DNA of 32,000 nt, taken from NCBI GenBank assembly GCA_028275775.1, contig JAPWTZ010000001.1:47173-79172 (forward strand), read 5' to 3'. Origin of the DNA: Candidatus Nanopusillus sp. Its GTDB lineage: Archaea; Nanobdellota; Nanobdellia; Nanobdellales; Nanobdellaceae. The notes beneath the pieces are model-generated. The model ran no database searches. It was not told where the DNA came from and saw nothing but the letters and a program-made list of their open reading frames with translations. This document shows positions 28,388 to 32,000 of the stretch, piece by piece; the first letter of the stretch is position 1; the number at the start of each line of letters is the position of its first letter. The translations under genes were made by a program, and so were the position numbers.

Positions 28388-28717
28388 TTAACTAATATAA
28401 ATTGAAGGCATTATACCATTTGGAGGATACGCTCTAGCTACTACCCATTCTATATTTTGGTATGAAGTAGAAGCACCAGCTTCTGCACCTATTTCTAATG
28501 TACCATATTGAAATGGATTATAATTTAAATTATAATATGTATAATTTCCATAATTTGGATTATATGATAAAGGATACATATCTAATAATGTTAGAGGAAC
28601 CCATATCAGCTTAAAACTATAATAATAATATGTTTCTTGTACATCAGGAGATTTAATATAATAATATCCTGCTTGTGCATAAGAAGAATTAACAATTAAA
28701 TATGAATAAAAAAACCG
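28388..28717 (-). CDS. Out-of-frame C-terminal continuation of the 28696-29709 surface protein (frame open from 28717; the listed 63-aa ORF is its tail)
   Basis: Manual translation upstream of the 63-aa ORF stays open: RFFYSYLIVNSSYAQAGYYYIKSPDVQETYYYYSFKLIWVPLTLLD-MYPLSYN...IEWVVARAYPPNGIMPSIYIS. It overlaps the end of the upstream ORF in the -1 frame across a T7 run. Confidence 0.55.
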   Translation of the reverse strand, partial: RFFYSYLIVNSSYAQAGYYYIKSPDVQETYYYYSFKLIWVPLTLLDMYPLSYNPNYGNYTYYNLNYNPFQYGTLEIGAEAGASTSYQNIEWVVARAYPPNGIMPSIYIS

Positions 28718-29709
28718 CTAGCAATCAATGGAAAATACGTATAATTTAAAGGTTGTTCTTCTATTGAAGATCCCAAATAAGTTTCTTCACTATAAGGCTT
28801 ATACATAAAAGCTGCATATATAGGTAAATTCATTATATACATGTCTGTATAGTTATTAGTATTTCCAAATAATGCTATTGCATTTATACCTCCACCAGAA
28901 AATATGCCTCCACCATAATAGTTAATATTATAATACCAAGCTTCTTCAACAATTAAAGGTATTAAAGGAATATTCCAATTATTTGGAGGTAAAATATAAG
29001 TAACTTCGCCAATGCCATCATCTAGCATTTCAATACCATAAGGAGTTGCTGTTGGAAGCCAAAAAGTATAATTATTATAAAAAGTATAATTATAGTAATA
29101 ACAATCAGGAAAATGACAAATATATCCATACCATTCATCTGCTGTATTATTGAAATACCCATATGCTACAAATACTTTTTGTCCATTATCATATTTCATA
29201 GTTCCTATAACTTGTGCATTAGTTCCTACATATGGATAATATAATGAATAATAATTAGCATTATTGGGTCCTATATGCATATATATTGTTATATTACTAT
29301 TAGCAGGAATTCCATTAGGTATATTTATCCACCATACATCACATGTAACTCCATTATAATTTAATTGTCCTTCATACCATGAATATAGTATATTTCTGGA
29401 ACTATTTACAAAATATACATTTTGTCCATTTGGATTTATTTGATTAAATAATGTTACATTATTTACATAAGCAAAATTATTACCAATATTTATACTTCCA
29501 TTACATATTGCTATATCTTGTTGGAATGGAGAAGGAGTAGGGATGTTTTGAGTATTATATACTGTTATTGTATAATTACTAGAATTAAAAGAAGCATATA
29601 TTACTTTGTTTAATGTATTATACCCATAGTATACCCCAACAATTATAACTATCACAGCAAATATTAATATTATTACTGTTATCAGAGAAATAGACTTCAT
29701 ATATATCAT
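28696..29709 (-). CDS. Membrane-anchored DUF2341/ConA-like surface protein, N-terminal part (interrupted by frameshift)
   Basis: 337 aa. TM anchor ISLITVIILIFAVIVIIVGVYY, then PSPFQQDIAI...NVYFVNSSRNILYSWYEG...DVWWINIPNGIPANSNITIYMHIG, the pattern I associate with DUF2341-type domains of crenarchaeal surface proteins. Confidence 0.7.
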   Translation of the reverse strand: MIYMKSISLITVIILIFAVIVIIVGVYYGYNTLNKVIYASFNSSNYTITVYNTQNIPTPSPFQQDIAICNGSINIGNNFAYVNNVTLFNQINPNGQNVYFVNSSRNILYSWYEGQLNYNGVTCDVWWINIPNGIPANSNITIYMHIGPNNANYYSLYYPYVGTNAQVIGTMKYDNGQKVFVAYGYFNNTADEWYGYICHFPDCYYYNYTFYNNYTFWLPTATPYGIEMLDDGIGEVTYILPPNNWNIPLIPLIVEEAWYYNINYYGGGIFSGGGINAIALFGNTNNYTDMYIMNLPIYAAFMYKPYSEETYLGSSIEEQPLNYTYFPLIASGFFIHI

Positions 29710-29757
29710 CTCTATTTTTAATTTATAAATATTTGAAGTAAAAATTATAATTTTAAA

Positions 29758-29832
29758 TGCCCCCGAGGGGATTCGAACCCCCGATCTCCAGGACCGAAGC
29801 CCGGAATGTTGTCCTGGCTACACTACGGGGGC
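29758..29832 (-). tRNA. tRNA-Arg (anticodon UCG)
   Basis: Reverse complement is GCCCCCGTAGTGTAGCCAGGACAACATTCCGGGCTTCGGTCCTGGAGATCGGGGGTTCGAATCCCCTCGGGGGCA. Anticodon loop CTTCGGT. No CCA, no intron. Confidence 0.9.
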
Positions 29833-31344
29833 TTTATTATATATTATTTCTTGATATGAATTAAAATATTCATCAAAATATTGATCAAATGTATAATTTA
29901 TATTATATTTCTTTGCTATTTTATTATATATCTCTATCAATCTTTTTGGATAATTTTTATCAGGAATTGAATTAGTTAGTTTATGATATTCAAATATCTT
30001 AGAAAATCTTTTTTCCCTTTTTACATTTAATTCAATATTTTCAACATTATCTACATTATTTACTTCATATGTTGATTCAAATTTTCCAAAATTAAATCCT
30101 GAATATTCAACTGGATTCATTGCATTCATTAAATAATCTGAAAAATATTTATCATATATTAAATTTGGTAAAAATAATCCTAAAGAAATATATGGATTAA
30201 ATACTGCAGAACTTTTATTATTAAATGGAATATAAACTGAGATATCATTTAAATCAAATAAATTAGAAATATATCTTATATCTTTTCCCAATAATGATAA
30301 TTCTCCATATGCATCTTTTTGTATTAAATATTTTACAATATTATAATTTACTTCTGTAGATTTATCTAAATTATTAAAATCAAATAATGATTTATTTAAA
30401 TCTTTAATGAACACTTTTCCAATATATAACCCTTCTAGAATTGTTCCTAAAATATATCCTAAATATAATGTATCTAAACCATATCTATTTGATAAATCAA
30501 TTAGATCTTTTATATATTCTTCATTTAGTATTCCTAAAAATGGTCCTAGAATATTAAAAGGTTCGTATGGATATTCTTTCTTTAAATTATTAACTAAAGG
30601 ATAAATATAATCATCAAATATCTTCTTATTTTCTTCTTCAGATAAATATATATTTTTATAATTTAAAATTGGAATTTTATCTGGTATAGATTGATAAAAA
30701 TCTCTTATTGATTCTTTTTCTTCTTCTATTAATTCTATATCTAATTTTTTATTTTCAATTTTATTATCTCCACCAATTGATAAACCAGATATATTATGAT
30801 ATCTATATAATACTGATCCAATTCCACCTTTTGTAACCTTTATTTTATTATTTTCAAATATAATTAAATTCCCATATATTGTAAATTTTGATCCCAATCC
30901 ATTTAATAGAATAATAAAATCTTTCCCACCATATATATCTTTTAAAGTACTATACAATTCTTCTTTCCTTTTATATATATCTTCAGATATATCATTTTCT
31001 AAAAATACAACATTATCATTTTCTATGATTAAAAAATATTTTTTATCTAACTTTCCATATAAAACTATTATATCATTACCTGTTAATTTAATATATTTAC
31101 CAAAGGAAGATAGATTAATATCTAAAGAACCTGTTATTGGAGATCTATAAATAATTAATGAATTTATATTATCTTTATTTTTTTGATGCCCAACAGAAAA
31201 TATTGTTAGATTATTTTCAAATGGATCTTTTTCATATGTTTTATAATCAAAATGCAAATCAATTGAATGATCTAATGTTTTTGAATCAGTTACATAATTT
31301 TTTGATTCTTTTTTATATAAATCTATAAACAATACTCTAATCAT
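29818..31344 (-). CDS. Aldehyde:ferredoxin oxidoreductase (AOR)-family-like protein, short and cysteine-free
   Basis: 508 aa. AOR N-domain-like IRVLFIDL...DPFENNLTIFSVG...IYRSPITG...LTGNDIIVLYGKLDKKYFLIIEND...GGIGSVLYRYHNISGLSIGG, and a C-domain-like YGLDTLYLGYILGTILEGLYIG. There is no Cys anywhere in the translation. Confidence 0.6.
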   Translation of the reverse strand: MIRVLFIDLYKKESKNYVTDSKTLDHSIDLHFDYKTYEKDPFENNLTIFSVGHQKNKDNINSLIIYRSPITGSLDINLSSFGKYIKLTGNDIIVLYGKLDKKYFLIIENDNVVFLENDISEDIYKRKEELYSTLKDIYGGKDFIILLNGLGSKFTIYGNLIIFENNKIKVTKGGIGSVLYRYHNISGLSIGGDNKIENKKLDIELIEEEKESIRDFYQSIPDKIPILNYKNIYLSEEENKKIFDDYIYPLVNNLKKEYPYEPFNILGPFLGILNEEYIKDLIDLSNRYGLDTLYLGYILGTILEGLYIGKVFIKDLNKSLFDFNNLDKSTEVNYNIVKYLIQKDAYGELSLLGKDIRYISNLFDLNDISVYIPFNNKSSAVFNPYISLGLFLPNLIYDKYFSDYLMNAMNPVEYSGFNFGKFESTYEVNNVDNVENIELNVKREKRFSKIFEYHKLTNSIPDKNYPKRLIEIYNKIAKKYNINYTFDQYFDEYFNSYQEIIYNKAPVV

Positions 31345-31380
31345 ATAAGATAAATAATTCTTTAAACTATATTAAATTAT

Positions 31381-31463
31381 GGACCCGTGCCCGAGTGGAC
31401 AAAGGGGGTCGGTTCAGGTCCGATTGGAGAGATCCTTCCGGGGTTCGAATCCCCGCGGGTCCA
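31381..31463 (+). tRNA. tRNA-Leu (anticodon CAG), long variable arm
   Basis: GGACCCGTGCCCGAGTGGACAAAGGGGGTCGGTTCAGGTCCGATTGGAGAGATCCTTCCGGGGTTCGAATCCCCGCGGGTCCA. Anticodon loop TTCAGGT, class II variable arm, no CCA. Confidence 0.9.
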
Positions 31464-31478
31464 TATTATAAAAATATA

Positions 31479-32000
31479 TCATTTATTTACTTTGCTTTCC
31501 TTTAATTTATTTAAAAATTCTGCAAATTTCTTAGCAGATTCTTCTAATAATCCCTCTTCGTTATTTATTACTTCTACTATTGTACTATATTCAAACATAA
31601 ATATTGTAGTAAAATATATTGTCAAATTTTGCTGAATTTCAATTCTTTTTAAGTTTTCTATATCTCTTCCTCTAATTTGAATATCTTTTAATCTTCTAAC
31701 AAAAATTTTATCCGGATCTGATATTATTACTGCAATTCCATCTGGTCTTAAAATTTCTGCATACTCTCTTAACATGCCCGGAATATATCCTTCATATGAT
31801 TCTATTACTAAATGAGTATCTAAAATTATATCACTTTCCTTTTCCATTTCTTTTATTCTCTTAATTGCTTCACTTTGTATTTCTTTTTGTTGTTCAAATG
31901 TTAACTTTTTTCTTATTTCATCTCTATTATTTATATTATATTTTTCTTTTGCTAATTCAAACATAATATCGCCAGTATTTACAACTTTAAATTCATATTT
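31479..32000 (-). CDS. adkA: Archaeal-type adenylate kinase (N-terminus beyond window edge)
   Basis: The frame stays open upstream of Met31964 to base 32000 (KYEFKVVNTGDIMFELAKE). DTHLVIESYEGYIPG and ISDPDKIFVRRL resemble the AdkA core. The P-loop is expected outside the window. Confidence 0.7.
   Translation of the reverse strand, partial: KYEFKVVNTGDIMFELAKEKYNINNRDEIRKKLTFEQQKEIQSEAIKRIKEMEKESDIILDTHLVIESYEGYIPGMLREYAEILRPDGIAVIISDPDKIFVRRLKDIQIRGRDIENLKRIEIQQNLTIYFTTIFMFEYSTIVEVINNEEGLLEESAKKFAEFLNKLKESKVNK

Noticed and set aside
28388-28579. 63-aa ORF as an independent small gene
   Set aside because: Its reading frame stays open upstream to 28717, and the combined sequence completes the domain begun by the 337-aa ORF. 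I treated it as the tail of a frameshifted gene.
20375-30604. Further short nested ORFs: 20375-20569, 21919-22149, 22890-23150, 25478-25804, 26195-26539, 27500-27736, 27818-28018, 30407-30604
   Set aside because: Each lies antisense within a longer ORF that has clear family motifs or a much longer open frame. None has a recognisable motif.
31387-31635. 82-aa plus-strand ORF
   Set aside because: Its 5' part is simply the tRNA-Leu gene read as protein (MPEWTKGVGSGPIGE...), and the rest is antisense to adenylate kinase.

Overview
Extremely A/T-rich, very gene-dense archaeal chromosomal segment: about 40 genes, spacers mostly under 100 bp, several ATGA start/stop overlaps. Most genes are informational housekeeping: SufB (partial), TmcA-like tRNA acetyltransferase, the helicase half of a split reverse gyrase, a GINS-like protein, ribosomal proteins L44e and S17e, an aIF2-alpha/Nop10/PAC2 operon, Pelota, family-B DNA polymerase, RtcB RNA ligase, TtuA-like tRNA thiolase, RpoN, a YchF-like GTPase, Alba, inorganic pyrophosphatase, a NOL1/NOP2/Sun m5C RNA methyltransferase and archaeal adenylate kinase (partial). 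There are also four GC-rich tRNA genes (Gln-UUG, initiator-type Met-CAU, Arg-UCG, Leu-CAG). Reverse gyrase plus GC-rich tRNAs in an AT-rich background argue for a (hyper)thermophile with a reduced genome. A split reverse gyrase is known from Nanoarchaeum, so I infer a nanoarchaeote-like symbiont; this is not proven. I saw no CRISPR, transposase, integrase or recognisable defence genes. Several things are not explained by the ORF track. These are a helically phased array of TGTTAA hexamers (3212-3356), two box C/D sRNA genes (12985-13034 and 27202-27250), and an unlisted Nop10 ORF (7394-7570). There is also a T7 homopolymer frameshift splitting a DUF2341-like surface protein (28708-28714), and a cysteine-free aldehyde:ferredoxin-oxidoreductase-like protein whose stop codon lies inside tRNA-Arg. 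Finally, a cluster of N/S/Y-rich membrane-anchored surface proteins sits next to a prepilin-peptidase-like gene.
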